Origin: Metasolibacillus fluoroglycofenilyticus
GTDB lineage: Bacteria; Bacillota; Bacilli; Bacillales_A; Planococcaceae
NCBI RefSeq assembly: GCF_003049645.1
Contig: NZ_PYWK01000001.1
Coordinates: 1,123,487 to 1,147,486, forward strand
Length of the DNA stretch: 24,000 nucleotides
Direction: 5' to 3'
Each line of letters starts with the position of its first letter. Positions within the stretch are counted from its first letter, which is position 1. The notes beneath the pieces are model-generated. The model did no database searches. It saw nothing but the letters and a program-made list of their open reading frames with translations, and was not told where the DNA came from. Both the position numbers and the translations under genes were made by a program. Below, piece by piece: positions 9,015 through 18,020 of this stretch.

Positions 9015-9017
9015 ATG

Positions 9018-9066
9018 AAAAGGGCGTCCAAAAGGCCATGCATTTACCGGCTTTTGGGCGCTTTTG
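9018..9066 (+). terminator. Terminator-like hairpin, member of a repeated family (copy 1)
   Basis: GGGCGTCCAAAAG-gccatgcatttaccgg-CTTTTGGGCGCTTTT; matches the reverse complement of the other copies, including TGCAYG in the loop. Confidence 0.75.
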
Positions 9067-9310
9067 TTTGTAGAGAACTGCCATTGTTCACGAGAAATTG
9101 CCTTTATGCTCAATGCAAAGAAGAACCCTTAAAATAACTTTTTAGACAGTTCTTTCTTTTTTGAGTATGCTTTATATAATACTTTCGCTTTTATAAGAGA
9201 ATTTTTGAAATATTTAACAAATGTAGAACAAATTCTTGAACAACTCAGTAGTTACACATGTTAAAGGGAGCACTGTTTAATATTGTTGTTACAATAGGAG
9301 ATGAAGTAGA

Positions 9311-9766
9311 TTGGGATATATTAAAGAATTACGAAAAATAGTAGGCAGTCGCCCACTGATTATGGTCGGTGCTTGTATTATTATTATGAATGAACAGAAT
9401 GAAATTCTTTTACAACATCGTAAAGATAATGATTGCTGGGGATTGATTGGAGGTTCTATGGAACTTGGAGAATCTTTAGAGCAAGTCGCTTATAGAGAGA
9501 TGTTAGAAGAAACAGGTTTGAATGCGAAACAACTTACTTTGTTTAAAATATATTCAGGTGAAGACTTCTATTATCAGTATCCGCATGGAGATGAAGTTTA
9601 CTTAGTTGTAGCAGCTTATGAGTGCAAGAGCTATACAGGAATGTTACGACATGATAAGAAAGAAGCGTTTGAAGTGCGATTTTTCCCATTAAATCAATTG
9701 CCATCGAAGTTTAATCCAGCAGACCAACCAATATGGATGGAATATTTAAAAAGAGGGCTATCCTAG
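9311..9766 (+). CDS. NUDIX hydrolase
   Basis: Nudix box 'GGSMELGESLEQVAYREMLEETGL' (GX5EX7REUXEEXGU); TTG start with upstream AGGAGATGAA. Confidence 0.9.
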   Translation: MGYIKELRKIVGSRPLIMVGACIIIMNEQNEILLQHRKDNDCWGLIGGSMELGESLEQVAYREMLEETGLNAKQLTLFKIYSGEDFYYQYPHGDEVYLVVAAYECKSYTGMLRHDKKEAFEVRFFPLNQLPSKFNPADQPIWMEYLKRGLS

Positions 9767-9911
9767 AAGTCAAACTTCTCCTCAGCGCAGTGAAAACTAA
9801 CTTTACCCTTATTTTAAATTCAAAAGGAGATGGCTAAATCTAGTGTTTCCCCCATTTTCAAAGAAATACTACTCCATTTTATTTAATGATTTCTTTGATG
9901 AAATATCACCG

Positions 9912-9953
9912 AAGCGTCCCATAAGCAGTGCATTGCCTATTTTTGGGACGCTC
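9912..9953 (-). terminator. Terminator-like hairpin, repeated family (copy 2)
   Basis: Minus strand GAGCGTCCCAAAAATAGGCAATGCACTGCTTATGGGACGCTTC just 3' of the minus-strand gene ending at 9961. Confidence 0.75.
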
Positions 9954-9960
9954 TTCATTT

Positions 9961-10653
9961 TTAACCTTGTGCTTGCATATACACTTCCTCATACGGCTGG
10001 ACGATGACGAAGCCGTCCCCTTCGAAACGCATTTGGAAGGATTCCCCGCTGCCTCGACCGATAAATGTTTTAAAGGAAATATCTGTTTGGAATTCAGGTT
10101 GTAAATTGCCTGACCATGCTACTGTTGCATTTGGGTCGGTAATAACGGGTTTACCGGGCGTTACGCGCAAAGTTAGAGGCTCGTAATGTGTCGTAATCGC
10201 AATAAGCCCTGTGCCTTCACAGCGAATATTAAATAAACCACCAGCCATCATACCAGCAACTCTTTTCATTAATTTAATCTCATGCTTAATTGTTGGTTCA
10301 AAGGCAAGGAGATCATTACCATTTACGTAAATAGCTTCATTTTGCAAATGCAAAATAATAATTTTCTTCCCGCTATCGGCTAAATAAAGTTTGCCTTTAC
10401 CTGTTGCCTTCATAAGAGAAGCGCCCTCGCCTGTAAAAGCTTTTTTAAATAAAGTTCCAAGCCCATGCTCTAAAATACCCTCACGCTCAAATTTTATTTT
10501 CCCATTGTAGGCAACCATTGAGCCTGCTTTTGCCCAAACAAGATTTTCTAAATTGACTTCTAGCATGCGCGGAGTTTCTAGCTCAAAAAAGCCTTCTCCA
10601 CGATCTAGCTGCTCTGTTTCCTTAATAAATTGTGAAATTGAATATTTATTCAT
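9961..10653 (-). CDS. AIM24 family protein
   Basis: 'MLEVNLENLVWAKAGSMVAYNGKIKFEREG' and the 'EGTGLIAITTHYEPLTL' layout typical of the AIM24/TIGR00266-like family. Confidence 0.75.
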   Translation of the reverse strand: MNKYSISQFIKETEQLDRGEGFFELETPRMLEVNLENLVWAKAGSMVAYNGKIKFEREGILEHGLGTLFKKAFTGEGASLMKATGKGKLYLADSGKKIIILHLQNEAIYVNGNDLLAFEPTIKHEIKLMKRVAGMMAGGLFNIRCEGTGLIAITTHYEPLTLRVTPGKPVITDPNATVAWSGNLQPEFQTDISFKTFIGRGSGESFQMRFEGDGFVIVQPYEEVYMQAQG

Positions 10654-10679
10654 AATGCCACACCCTTCCGTTTTTTACA

Positions 10680-10708
10680 TATACGTATAAATCATATGAG
10701 AAGTTTCA
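10680..10708 (-). promoter_or_regulatory. Candidate ECF (SigW-type) promoter for the AIM24 gene
   Basis: Minus strand TGAAAC-N17-CGTATA: TGAAACTTCTCATATGATTTATACGTATA. Confidence 0.55.
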
Positions 10709-10731
10709 AAAATAGATTACGGTTCATGCCA

Positions 10732-11388
10732 TCATCGTGAGGAACGTTTTCCATTAAATATAGATAAATGGCTTGCAGAATACAATATATCAATGACTAC
10801 AATAATTGCCCAAATCATAGAAGCATGGTATAAAAATTCGCTTGGATAAGGGGAATTTTTGAACTGGTCTGTTGTAAACCATTCACCTATCGTGGAAATA
10901 TAATAACCAAATTGCGAAAACGATTCCATGCCAATTGCCCAAAAAATAAGCTGTGCGATAACAAAAATAATTACATGTACCGTTGTCATAATAATATCTT
11001 TACGCTTCTTATAATGAGGGTTCTTCTCTTTTGCAATTATTTGATGGTCCTTTGCTGTTAATAAATCAATACCGCGATAATTTCCTATTTTTACACGCAT
11101 CCATCTATCTAATTTTTTGAAATCATTTAAGCCGAAAGTGACAGCATAAAGTACAAATATAGTAATGAGAATTGTAAAGTTAGAAATTTCACCAGTATAG
11201 TTATAAACTATCCACGCAATTGCAGCTTCAAAAGCCGTTACCGCAATAAATAATAGGATAAAGAAACTGCTCGCTTTGCGCTTATTAAAGAAATATCTTG
11301 TAATACCGAATAACACTAGTGAGACAATGGAGATTACTTCTGCACTTATAAATAATGCCCATTGGTAGGACAGTAAAAATGACTGCAT
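10732..11388 (-). CDS. Integral membrane protein of unknown function
   Basis: ~218 aa with about five hydrophobic segments; GAAAGG RBS suits the ATG at 11388 better than the track start at 11397. Confidence 0.7.
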   Translation of the reverse strand: MQSFLLSYQWALFISAEVISIVSLVLFGITRYFFNKRKASSFFILLFIAVTAFEAAIAWIVYNYTGEISNFTILITIFVLYAVTFGLNDFKKLDRWMRVKIGNYRGIDLLTAKDHQIIAKEKNPHYKKRKDIIMTTVHVIIFVIAQLIFWAIGMESFSQFGYYISTIGEWFTTDQFKNSPYPSEFLYHASMIWAIIVVIDILYSASHLSIFNGKRSSR

Positions 11389-11424
11389 GATGAACATCCT
11401 TTCAATAATTCGTCTTGCTTAACA

Positions 11425-11452
11425 TATACGTACAATGCTGTGACAAGTTTCA
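11425..11452 (-). promoter_or_regulatory. Candidate ECF (SigW-type) promoter for the membrane protein gene
   Basis: Minus strand TGAAAC-N16-CGTATA: TGAAACTTGTCACAGCATTGTACGTATA. Confidence 0.65.
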
Positions 11453-11461
11453 AAAAAATAC

Positions 11462-11492
11462 TTGACCTTGGAGTATGCTCCAATGATAGTGT
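11462..11492 (+). promoter_or_regulatory. MerR-type promoter with operator dyad in the spacer
   Basis: TTGACC (11462-11467) and TAGTGT (11487-11492) with a 19-bp spacer containing the dyad TTGGAG-tatg-CTCCAA (11468-11483). Confidence 0.7.
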
Positions 11493-11514
11493 GGGTATAG
11501 AGGGGGGAGCAACG

Positions 11515-11955
11515 GTGTTAATAAAACAATTTGCAGCAAAATATTATCTATCACAAGATACGATTCGCTATTATGAAAAGGAAGGTTTATTAAGCCCGAA
11601 GCGCTTAGAAAATGGCTATCGCTTTTATGATGCATCATGCGAAAGAAATATTAAATTCATTCAGGTGATGAAAAAAATAGGCTTTTCCTTACAGGAAATC
11701 AAGCTATTGCTCATTTTAGATGGGCAGCCGATGAGTGAGGAGTGCAATCAAGCGTCCTCTAATTTATTTGTAAATAAAATAAATGCTGTGGAAAGACAGC
11801 TTGCATTTTTTACAATTGCCTTGCAAGCATTAAAAATGGCAGAAGGCTTAGTGCAAGAAGGAAAATATGAATCAAATAAACAAAAAGTGAATGAGACAAT
11901 CGAACAAATGTATCGAGAATTAGGGGAGGGCAAAAGGAACGATGACTTTACGTAG
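11515..11955 (+). CDS. MerR family transcriptional regulator
   Basis: GTG start after GGGGGGAG; 'IKQFAAKYYLSQDTIRYYEKEGLLSPKRLENGYRFY' MerR HTH. The track start at 11440 lies upstream of the promoter. Confidence 0.88.
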   Translation: MLIKQFAAKYYLSQDTIRYYEKEGLLSPKRLENGYRFYDASCERNIKFIQVMKKIGFSLQEIKLLLILDGQPMSEECNQASSNLFVNKINAVERQLAFFTIALQALKMAEGLVQEGKYESNKQKVNETIEQMYRELGEGKRNDDFT

Positions 11956-12295
11956 CTTAATAAAGTGGGAGTATGGAATCAATTTTTTACTGCTACTCGC
12001 AATTTATATTTATCTCGATTTTTCTGTGCTATGGTTTTTCCTCTGTTTGCTTGTGCCCGATATATGCGCTTTAGGCTATGTCATGAATGAGAGAATCGGT
12101 GCAATCCTATACAATGTTGGACATAGCTTTATATTGCCCTCTACTTTATTGACGATAGCGCTACTAACAAGCTTCTCATTTTTGCTCCCAATCGCACTGA
12201 TTTGGCTAGCGCATATTTTCATGGATCGCGCTTTAGGCTATGGCTTGAAATATACGACAGGATTTAAGGACACACATATACAAAGAATTTTATGA
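11942..12295 (+). CDS. Small membrane protein, DUF4260-like
   Basis: Overlaps the MerR 3' end; hydrophobic; 'WLAHIFMDRALGYGLKYTTGFKDTHIQRI' C-terminus typical of this family. Confidence 0.7.
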   Translation: MTLRSLIKWEYGINFLLLLAIYIYLDFSVLWFFLCLLVPDICALGYVMNERIGAILYNVGHSFILPSTLLTIALLTSFSFLLPIALIWLAHIFMDRALGYGLKYTTGFKDTHIQRIL

Positions 12296-12318
12296 AAAGC
12301 ATTTTCATAAAATTCTTT
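12282..12318. terminator. Bidirectional terminator between convergent genes
   Basis: Perfect AGAATTTTATGAAA/TTTCATAAAATTCT stem (12284-12297/12303-12316), A-run and T-run on both sides. Confidence 0.8.
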
Positions 12319-12327
12319 GTGTAAGCA

Positions 12328-12747
12328 CTATTTTACAATTAATGCAGGGCAGTTGACACGTTTCATTACTTTATGGCTAACGCTGCCTAGTACCATCTCC
12401 TGTAAGCCATTTAAACCACGACTACCGATAATAACAAGGTCAACTTGATTGTCGTTCGCATATTGAATAATCTTAGGTGCGGGCTCTCCTTTTAAAATGG
12501 TTACCTTATAAGAAATATGATGTTCCTTCAATAGCTGTTCAACTGTTGCTACTTTACGGCGGCGTTCCAATAAAAGGCTTTCGGACGATGCGCTGTGTAA
12601 ATGCTCAGCCCTTGCATTGTCAAAGCTTGCGACATAGACGATATTAACAACTGTGTTTGCTGAGAGTCGCGCAATTTTTACAGCTTCCTTCGCTGCCCGT
12701 AACGCATTAGCCGAGCCGTCTGCTGCTAAAACGATGTGCTGATACAT
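12328..12747 (-). CDS. Universal stress protein (UspA family)
   Basis: 'HIVLAADGSANALRAAKEAVKIA' and 'VIGSRGLNGLQEMVLGSVSHKVMKRVNCPALIVK'. Confidence 0.93.
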   Translation of the reverse strand: MYQHIVLAADGSANALRAAKEAVKIARLSANTVVNIVYVASFDNARAEHLHSASSESLLLERRRKVATVEQLLKEHHISYKVTILKGEPAPKIIQYANDNQVDLVIIGSRGLNGLQEMVLGSVSHKVMKRVNCPALIVK

Positions 12748-12759
12748 AAAAAATCCCCC

Positions 12760-14178
12760 CTATGAAAACCTCGTTAATTTTTGATAAAGTGCCTGACTCG
12801 CTGGGTTCATGCCGATTACTGTAACAGTTTGTCCCTTTTCCTCTAGCTTGCTAATAACCTTGACAAGTGCGCCGACGCTCGATTCGTCCCACAGATGGCT
12901 GCTCGTTAAATCGATTGTAATATGTGGCTCACGAGCGTGCTCTAGCTGCTCGACAAAGGCTTTTGTTGAAGCGAAGAAGAGCGGACCCTCAATCATATAT
13001 ATGCCATTATTTTGTGTAATATTGACCTTTGAAATTTTTGCAACGAACAGTAGAGCACTAATAATAATGCCCGTTACAACACCGATAGCTAAATTACCCG
13101 TATAAAGTACAATGACAATCGTAATGAGCATGACGAAAACCTCTCCTTTTGGAGCAGTTATCGAATATTTCAAGGAGCCCCAATCAAAGGCCGTTATCGC
13201 GACCATCACCATAATACCTGCCAGCACAGGCATCGGAATATCTACAACAATGTCACCAAGCACAACAATTAAAAACATGAGAAAGATACCAGAAACAAGT
13301 GTCGATAAACGTCCGCGTCCACCTGATTTGACATTAATCATCGATTGTCCAATCATCGCACAGCCTGCCATGCCACCGAAAAAGCCGTTGACGATATTGG
13401 CAATACCTTGACCACGTGCCTCCATATTTTTATTCGATTTCGAATCTGTCATATCATCTAAAATTTGTGCAGTTAATAGCGATTCTAACAAGCCTACAAC
13501 AGCAAGTGCCAATGAATAAGGTAAAATAATTTGCAAGGTTTCGAGTGACAACGGAATATCAGGTAATAAAAATACAGGTAAGCTTGTTGGTACAGCACCT
13601 AAGTCGCCGACCGTTTTCAAATCAAGCTGAAACACAAAGGCTGCCGCTGTTAATAACACAACAGCGATGAGAGGTGCAGGAACCATTTTGAAAACCTTCG
13701 GAATAAAATAAACAAGCCCAATCGTAATAAATAAAAATAAGTATGTCATGCTATTGCCCCCGATAAAATGAGGCAGCTGTGCCATAAATACTAAAATGGC
13801 TAAAGAATTAACAAAGCCTATCATCACAGCGTTGGGAATAAAACGCATCAGCTTGGCAATCCCAAAAATGCCCAAGAAAATTTGAATAATGCCTGTTAAA
13901 ATAGTTGCCGCTAGTAAATATTGCAAACCATAGTCTGCGACTAAATCGACAACAACAATCGCCATTGCACCAGTCGCAGCAGAAATCATCGCAGGACGTC
14001 CGCCGACAAATGCGATAACTGTAGCAATCGTAAACGAGGCATACAAGCCGACCATTGGGTCAACACCTGCCATAATCGAAAAGGCGATGGCCTCAGGAAT
14101 TAGTGCAAGTGCAACAACGATTCCTGATAAAATATCCGCACGAATATTGCCAAGCCATTGCTGTTTTACAGTGTGCAT
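12760..14178 (-). CDS. SulP family inorganic anion transporter with C-terminal STAS domain
   Basis: '[37 protein letters not shown]', '[26 protein letters not shown]', STAS-like C-terminus; 12-bp gap to the UspA gene. Confidence 0.93.
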   Translation of the reverse strand: MHTVKQQWLGNIRADILSGIVVALALIPEAIAFSIMAGVDPMVGLYASFTIATVIAFVGGRPAMISAATGAMAIVVVDLVADYGLQYLLAATILTGIIQIFLGIFGIAKLMRFIPNAVMIGFVNSLAILVFMAQLPHFIGGNSMTYLFLFITIGLVYFIPKVFKMVPAPLIAVVLLTAAAFVFQLDLKTVGDLGAVPTSLPVFLLPDIPLSLETLQIILPYSLALAVVGLLESLLTAQILDDMTDSKSNKNMEARGQGIANIVNGFFGGMAGCAMIGQSMINVKSGGRGRLSTLVSGIFLMFLIVVLGDIVVDIPMPVLAGIMVMVAITAFDWGSLKYSITAPKGEVFVMLITIVIVLYTGNLAIGVVTGIIISALLFVAKISKVNITQNNGIYMIEGPLFFASTKAFVEQLEHAREPHITIDLTSSHLWDESSVGALVKVISKLEEKGQTVTVIGMNPASQALYQKLTRFS

Positions 14179-14332
14179 ATTGCACTTCCTTTCTACTAAT
14201 AAGTACGCCTAACATCATATCACGAAATGTCACCTTTTGAATGATGAATAAATGCAACGGGAAAAAGAAATTGACTTTCCTTGTTTTCAGCCATACAATA
14301 GCAGAAAGTTTTCTAGTGAAAGGACTGTGTCT

Positions 14333-14869
14333 ATGAGCAATATTGTCTTAATTATTATTTTGCAATTGATTTACGTACCTTTTTTAACATTGCGTACAAT
14401 ATTTTTAGTGAAAAACGTAACCTTCCTAGCGGCTATTTTCGGTATGATTGAAATGTTAATTTACGTATTCGGACTTTCACTCGTTTTTAGTGGCGACCAA
14501 AGTATTTTAGCGATGGTTGTCTACGCTGTAGGCTTTGGCCTAGGTATTTTTTTAGGCGCAAAGATTGAGCGAAAGCTAGCGATTGGCTATGTTTATGCAA
14601 CGATTAATACACAAAAGAAAAACGATGAGCTCGTTGCTTTTTTAAGAAATGCAGGTTTTGCAGTAACGATTTATGTCGGTGAAGGACGCGATAGCGAGCG
14701 CTATAAATACGAAATTTTAACGAAGCGCAATCGGGAGCCAGAGCTCTTTCAGATTGTGGAGCAATTTGAACCCAATGCCTTCATTATTTCCTATGAGCCA
14801 AAATCCTTTAAAGGCGGCTTTTTAGTAGCGCGTATGAAGCGAAGAGATAATAAAAATAAATATTCGTGA
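14333..14869 (+). CDS. UPF0316 / DUF5698-DUF2179-like membrane protein
   Basis: 'MSNIVLIIILQLIYVPFLTLRTIFLVKN...FGLGIFLGAKIERKLAIGYV...NAFIISYEPKSFKGGF'; ATG start at 14333 in the track frame. Confidence 0.8.
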   Translation: MSNIVLIIILQLIYVPFLTLRTIFLVKNVTFLAAIFGMIEMLIYVFGLSLVFSGDQSILAMVVYAVGFGLGIFLGAKIERKLAIGYVYATINTQKKNDELVAFLRNAGFAVTIYVGEGRDSERYKYEILTKRNREPELFQIVEQFEPNAFIISYEPKSFKGGFLVARMKRRDNKNKYS

Positions 14870-14871
14870 AG

Positions 14872-14899
14872 GCTGTCTAAAGTTTTAGACGGCTTTTTT
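14872..14899 (+). terminator. Intrinsic terminator
   Basis: GCTGTCTAAA-gt-TTTAGACGGCTTTTTT. Confidence 0.8.
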
Positions 14900-14999
14900 G
14901 TTGTAATGAAATGTTAGCTTATGGGTGAGCTAGAAAAACAGCGGGTGATTCTGATACACTGTTAAAATAGTTCCTTCATTCAATTCGACTTTCAGATTA

Positions 15000-15083
15000 A
15001 TGAGCGAATTTGAGTAATTTACGAGCGAATTTGGCAGACTTATGAGCGAATTCGTTTAGTTTATGAGCGAATCAATACTTTCG
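15000..15083. repeat. Tandem array, exact 21-nt period, core GAGCGAATT, 4 units
   Basis: atgagcgaatttgagtaattt / acgagcgaatttggcagactt / atgagcgaattcgtttagttt / atgagcgaatcaatactttcg; cores start at 15002, 15023, 15044, 15065. Confidence 0.85.
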
Positions 15084-15204
15084 ACCTACTGGTTTCGAGT
15101 AAATGCTTTGTTCTGATTTACAAATTCGATGTATGGTATTATTTGTTATATAATACAATTATTTTTTAAGCTAAGGTTTAGAAATATTGAAGAGCGGCAG
15201 TACA

Positions 15205-15351
15205 TTGGGCGAGCTTCTACAGCCTATTAGTATTTTGCTATTTATGGCTGTCGTTTTGATGGGCATTGGCATTAATATAATGGCGAAAAAGCAGATACAT
15301 GAAGGGAGGCAGCCTCTTGTATATTTGAAGAGGCTGCCAATTCGCCGATAA
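15205..15351 (+). CDS. Possible 48-aa small membrane protein
   Basis: TTG-initiated MGELLQPISILLFMAVVLMGIGINIMAKKQIHEGRQPLVYLKRLPIRR*; one hydrophobic helix, weak RBS. An 11-bp hairpin GGCAGCCTCTT/AAGAGGCTGCC lies inside it. Confidence 0.3.
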   Translation: MGELLQPISILLFMAVVLMGIGINIMAKKQIHEGRQPLVYLKRLPIRR

Positions 15352-15377
15352 ACTTCAGAAAAGCACTGATATATTTT

Positions 15378-15767
15378 TTACTCCTTCACAGACAGATAAA
15401 TTTTCACTGTGCCGTCTTGTGCATAGTATTCAAAATCTGTTTTATAGGCCCTTGCGATGTCACTTTGCCAAATTTCAGTCCATGCAAGAAAAACACCATT
15501 TTCTTGTGATGCATCGACAACGATTACTACATATTGCCCAGTAGGTATAATGATACCTTCTTCATTTGCCCCATTCACTTCTGTGCCAATATATAAATCA
15601 TAATCGCCAGTAAAGTCACTTTCATAATTATGATAGATGGCAAAAATATCTCCTTGCAAGCCGCTAGCCATTACATTCTCCCAAAGCTGCCCAATCGCTT
15701 TTGGGGTTGCATTATTTGTACGAATGCCTGTACCAACAATGTGTTTCTCTGTGAAAAGTGTTTTCAT
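15378..15767 (-). CDS. GyrI-like / AraC effector-binding domain protein
   Basis: MKTLFTEKHIVGTGIRTNN...YDLYIGTEVN...IIPTGQYVVIVV...WQSDIARAYKTDFEYY; AGGAGG RBS before the ATG at 15767. Confidence 0.75.
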   Translation of the reverse strand: MKTLFTEKHIVGTGIRTNNATPKAIGQLWENVMASGLQGDIFAIYHNYESDFTGDYDLYIGTEVNGANEEGIIIPTGQYVVIVVDASQENGVFLAWTEIWQSDIARAYKTDFEYYAQDGTVKIYLSVKE

Positions 15768-15825
15768 ATTAATAACCTCCTTGTTTCTACACTTAGCATA
15801 GCGAACAAAATATGACAACTGTCTG

Positions 15826-16716
15826 TCAGCTTTCCAAAATCTTTTTAATTTCTTCTAAATGCTTTTGCTGAAGCCAAGCGGGTGCAAGGATTTTCACTTT
15901 ACTGCCAAACATGCGAATAAAGGGAAGGATATCATTTGTTATATCATAATGAAATTTTGCAATAATATGCTCTGAATGAATAGCAAGCTCCCCCTCTGTG
16001 AAAAAATCGTAGAGCTTGCCATGTTCACTTAGCCCGAATTGTAAAATGATTTGCTCAAGTTCAACAGGTCGCTCAGTTGTGGACACAAGAAGAGGCTGTT
16101 TGATAGTTGCTTCAATAGTTTCCATTGTACGGATTCTTGTCAGCTTAAAAAATCGATAAGCCTCTCGCAGCTGACAAAAGGCTTCTGCATACCAGCTCCC
16201 GTTTTGTAAATGTAGCTTGATAGGCAAGACGGTGCGTGTAGTAAAATGACCATTTTGCGCTACGTATGAAATTTCAATTGCTTGTTCATTTTCAATAAAG
16301 GCTAAAAGCTGTTGTATTTTATTCTTTGTCTGTTGTTCAATAATATTTCGGTGCAATGTTGCGTTCGACAATGTAAAGCTAATATCATACTCTTCTTGAA
16401 AAAGAGCAAGCTTTTGCTGTAAATTTGCAAGCTGCTGTTCTTCAAAAAGCTCATTTCCAAGTGTAATGCCATCCATTACTAATTTCTTTTCCGTATCACT
16501 AAATGTTAATTTATTAAGCTGATAACGGTCAGCCAATGTAAAGCCGCCGTTTTTACCTAGATGTGACACAATCGGAATACCTGCTGCACATAATGAGTCG
16601 ATATCTCGATAAATTGTTCGTTTGCTTACTTCTAGTCTTTCAGCTAATTCATCAGCAGTTACGATTCGTTTATGCAATAAAAACACAACGATGGCAAACA
16701 TTCTTTCTACTTTCAT
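15826..16716 (-). CDS. HTH-WYL domain transcriptional regulator (YafY/DeoR-like)
   Basis: 'LLHKRIVTADELAERLEVSKRTIYRDIDSLCAAGIPIVSHLGKNGGF' N-terminal HTH plus a C-terminal WYL-like region; GGAGG RBS before the ATG at 16716. Confidence 0.9.
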   Translation of the reverse strand: MKVERMFAIVVFLLHKRIVTADELAERLEVSKRTIYRDIDSLCAAGIPIVSHLGKNGGFTLADRYQLNKLTFSDTEKKLVMDGITLGNELFEEQQLANLQQKLALFQEEYDISFTLSNATLHRNIIEQQTKNKIQQLLAFIENEQAIEISYVAQNGHFTTRTVLPIKLHLQNGSWYAEAFCQLREAYRFFKLTRIRTMETIEATIKQPLLVSTTERPVELEQIILQFGLSEHGKLYDFFTEGELAIHSEHIIAKFHYDITNDILPFIRMFGSKVKILAPAWLQQKHLEEIKKILES

Positions 16717-16827
16717 TGTTACAACCTCCTTCAATGCACTTCTTCAATTATACAGCTATGCTTGTTGCTTAATTATCTACAGAATAATACAAAAATTTGC
16801 TATTATAAAGCTAGGAGGGGATTGAAA

Positions 16828-17721
16828 ATGAAGCATTTTATTTCTAAAGAACATGCAATTTATGCCATGAGTGCAGACAATCAACCTGTGTGTATAGTGC
16901 AAAGTGGAGACACGGTTGTGTTTGAGGCGTATGATTGCTTCACAGACCAAATTACAAGCGAAGATCAAGTAGTTGAGGCACTTGATTGGAACAAAATTAA
17001 TCCGGCGACAGGACCTATTTTTGTAGAAGGAGCTAAGCAAGGCGATGTATTAGAAGTGGAAATTCATACAATTGATATTGGTGATACTGTAACCTTAATG
17101 ACTGGTCCTGAATTAGGCGTACTCGGTGATGAGTTAGATACAATGACGATTAAACGTGCGCCTATTGTCGATGACGAGATACTGTTTACGGAGGATATAA
17201 AAATCCCCGTTAACAAAATGATAGGTGTCATTGGCACAGCGCCGGCAAATGGTGCCATAAGCTGCGGTGTACCTGATGCGCATGGGGGCAATATGGATAC
17301 AACAGCTATTACAGAGGGCGCAAAGCTCTATTTACCGGTAAATGTCGAAGGGGCTTTGCTTGCACTAGGGGATTGCCATGCTGCGATGGGCGATGGCGAA
17401 GTATCGGTTTGTGGCGGAGAAGTGCCTGCGCAAGTAACAGTGACAGTGCGCGTTCTGAAAAATCACACTGTGCCAACCCCCTACTTAATTAAGGATGATG
17501 CAATTAGCACAATTGCCTCAGCGAAAACATTGGATGAAGCTGCGGTGATGGCGACGAAAAATATGGTGCGCGTTGTGAGGCAATCGACCGCTTTAACAGA
17601 TGCGGAGGCAATCCATTTATTATCGCTTGCAGGACAGCTGCGCATTAGTCAAATTGTTGACCCGAATAAAACAGCACGGATGGAGTTGCCGCTGCGTTAT
17701 TTGAAAAATTTCCCGCAATAG
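16828..17721 (+). CDS. Acetamidase/formamidase family protein
   Basis: 'NPATGPIFVEGAKQGDVLEVEIHTIDIGD', 'GGNMDTTAITEGAKLYLPVNVEGALLALGDCHAAMGDGEV'; AGGAGG RBS before ATG 16828. Confidence 0.92.
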   Translation: MKHFISKEHAIYAMSADNQPVCIVQSGDTVVFEAYDCFTDQITSEDQVVEALDWNKINPATGPIFVEGAKQGDVLEVEIHTIDIGDTVTLMTGPELGVLGDELDTMTIKRAPIVDDEILFTEDIKIPVNKMIGVIGTAPANGAISCGVPDAHGGNMDTTAITEGAKLYLPVNVEGALLALGDCHAAMGDGEVSVCGGEVPAQVTVTVRVLKNHTVPTPYLIKDDAISTIASAKTLDEAAVMATKNMVRVVRQSTALTDAEAIHLLSLAGQLRISQIVDPNKTARMELPLRYLKNFPQ

Positions 17722-17796
17722 CGATTGAAATGATGTGATTCATTTGCTATGATTGAATGCAAATATTTAATTCGTTGATGTGCCCAAGTAAATAAA

Positions 17797-17996
17797 GAAT
17801 TGTGAAACAGAGAGTATAGCAAAAGCTGAGAGCTATATCACCGCTTCTTTATTGAAACCTAGCACGGAGAAGTGCCGACTCGTTGCCGTTATCCAACGTT
17901 AGAGGGCTTTAATTGATTAAAGCTAAAAATAGGTGGTACCACGTTTATTATGCATAAAGACGTCCTAATTCAGGATGGCTTTATGCTTTTTTATTT
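17797..17996 (+). promoter_or_regulatory. T-box leader, predicted proline specificity, upstream of proS
   Basis: Conserved T-box AGGTGGTACCACG (17931-17943); specifier-like 'tgaaaCCTagcacgg' with CCT (Pro) at 17858-17860; terminator GCATAAAGacGTCCTaattcAGGATggCTTTATGC-TTTTTT. Confidence 0.9.
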
Positions 17997-18020
17997 TTGA
18001 ATTAAAGGAGTGTATTGTTT

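Noticed and set aside
12809-13411. Plus-strand ORFs of 98 and 99 aa
   Set aside because: Antisense to the strongly supported SulP gene, low-complexity Thr/Ile/Pro composition, no RBS; shadow ORFs.
17797-17996. Generic leader or novel riboswitch before proS
   Set aside because: The canonical T-box sequence, proline specifier and terminator identify it as a known T-box class element.
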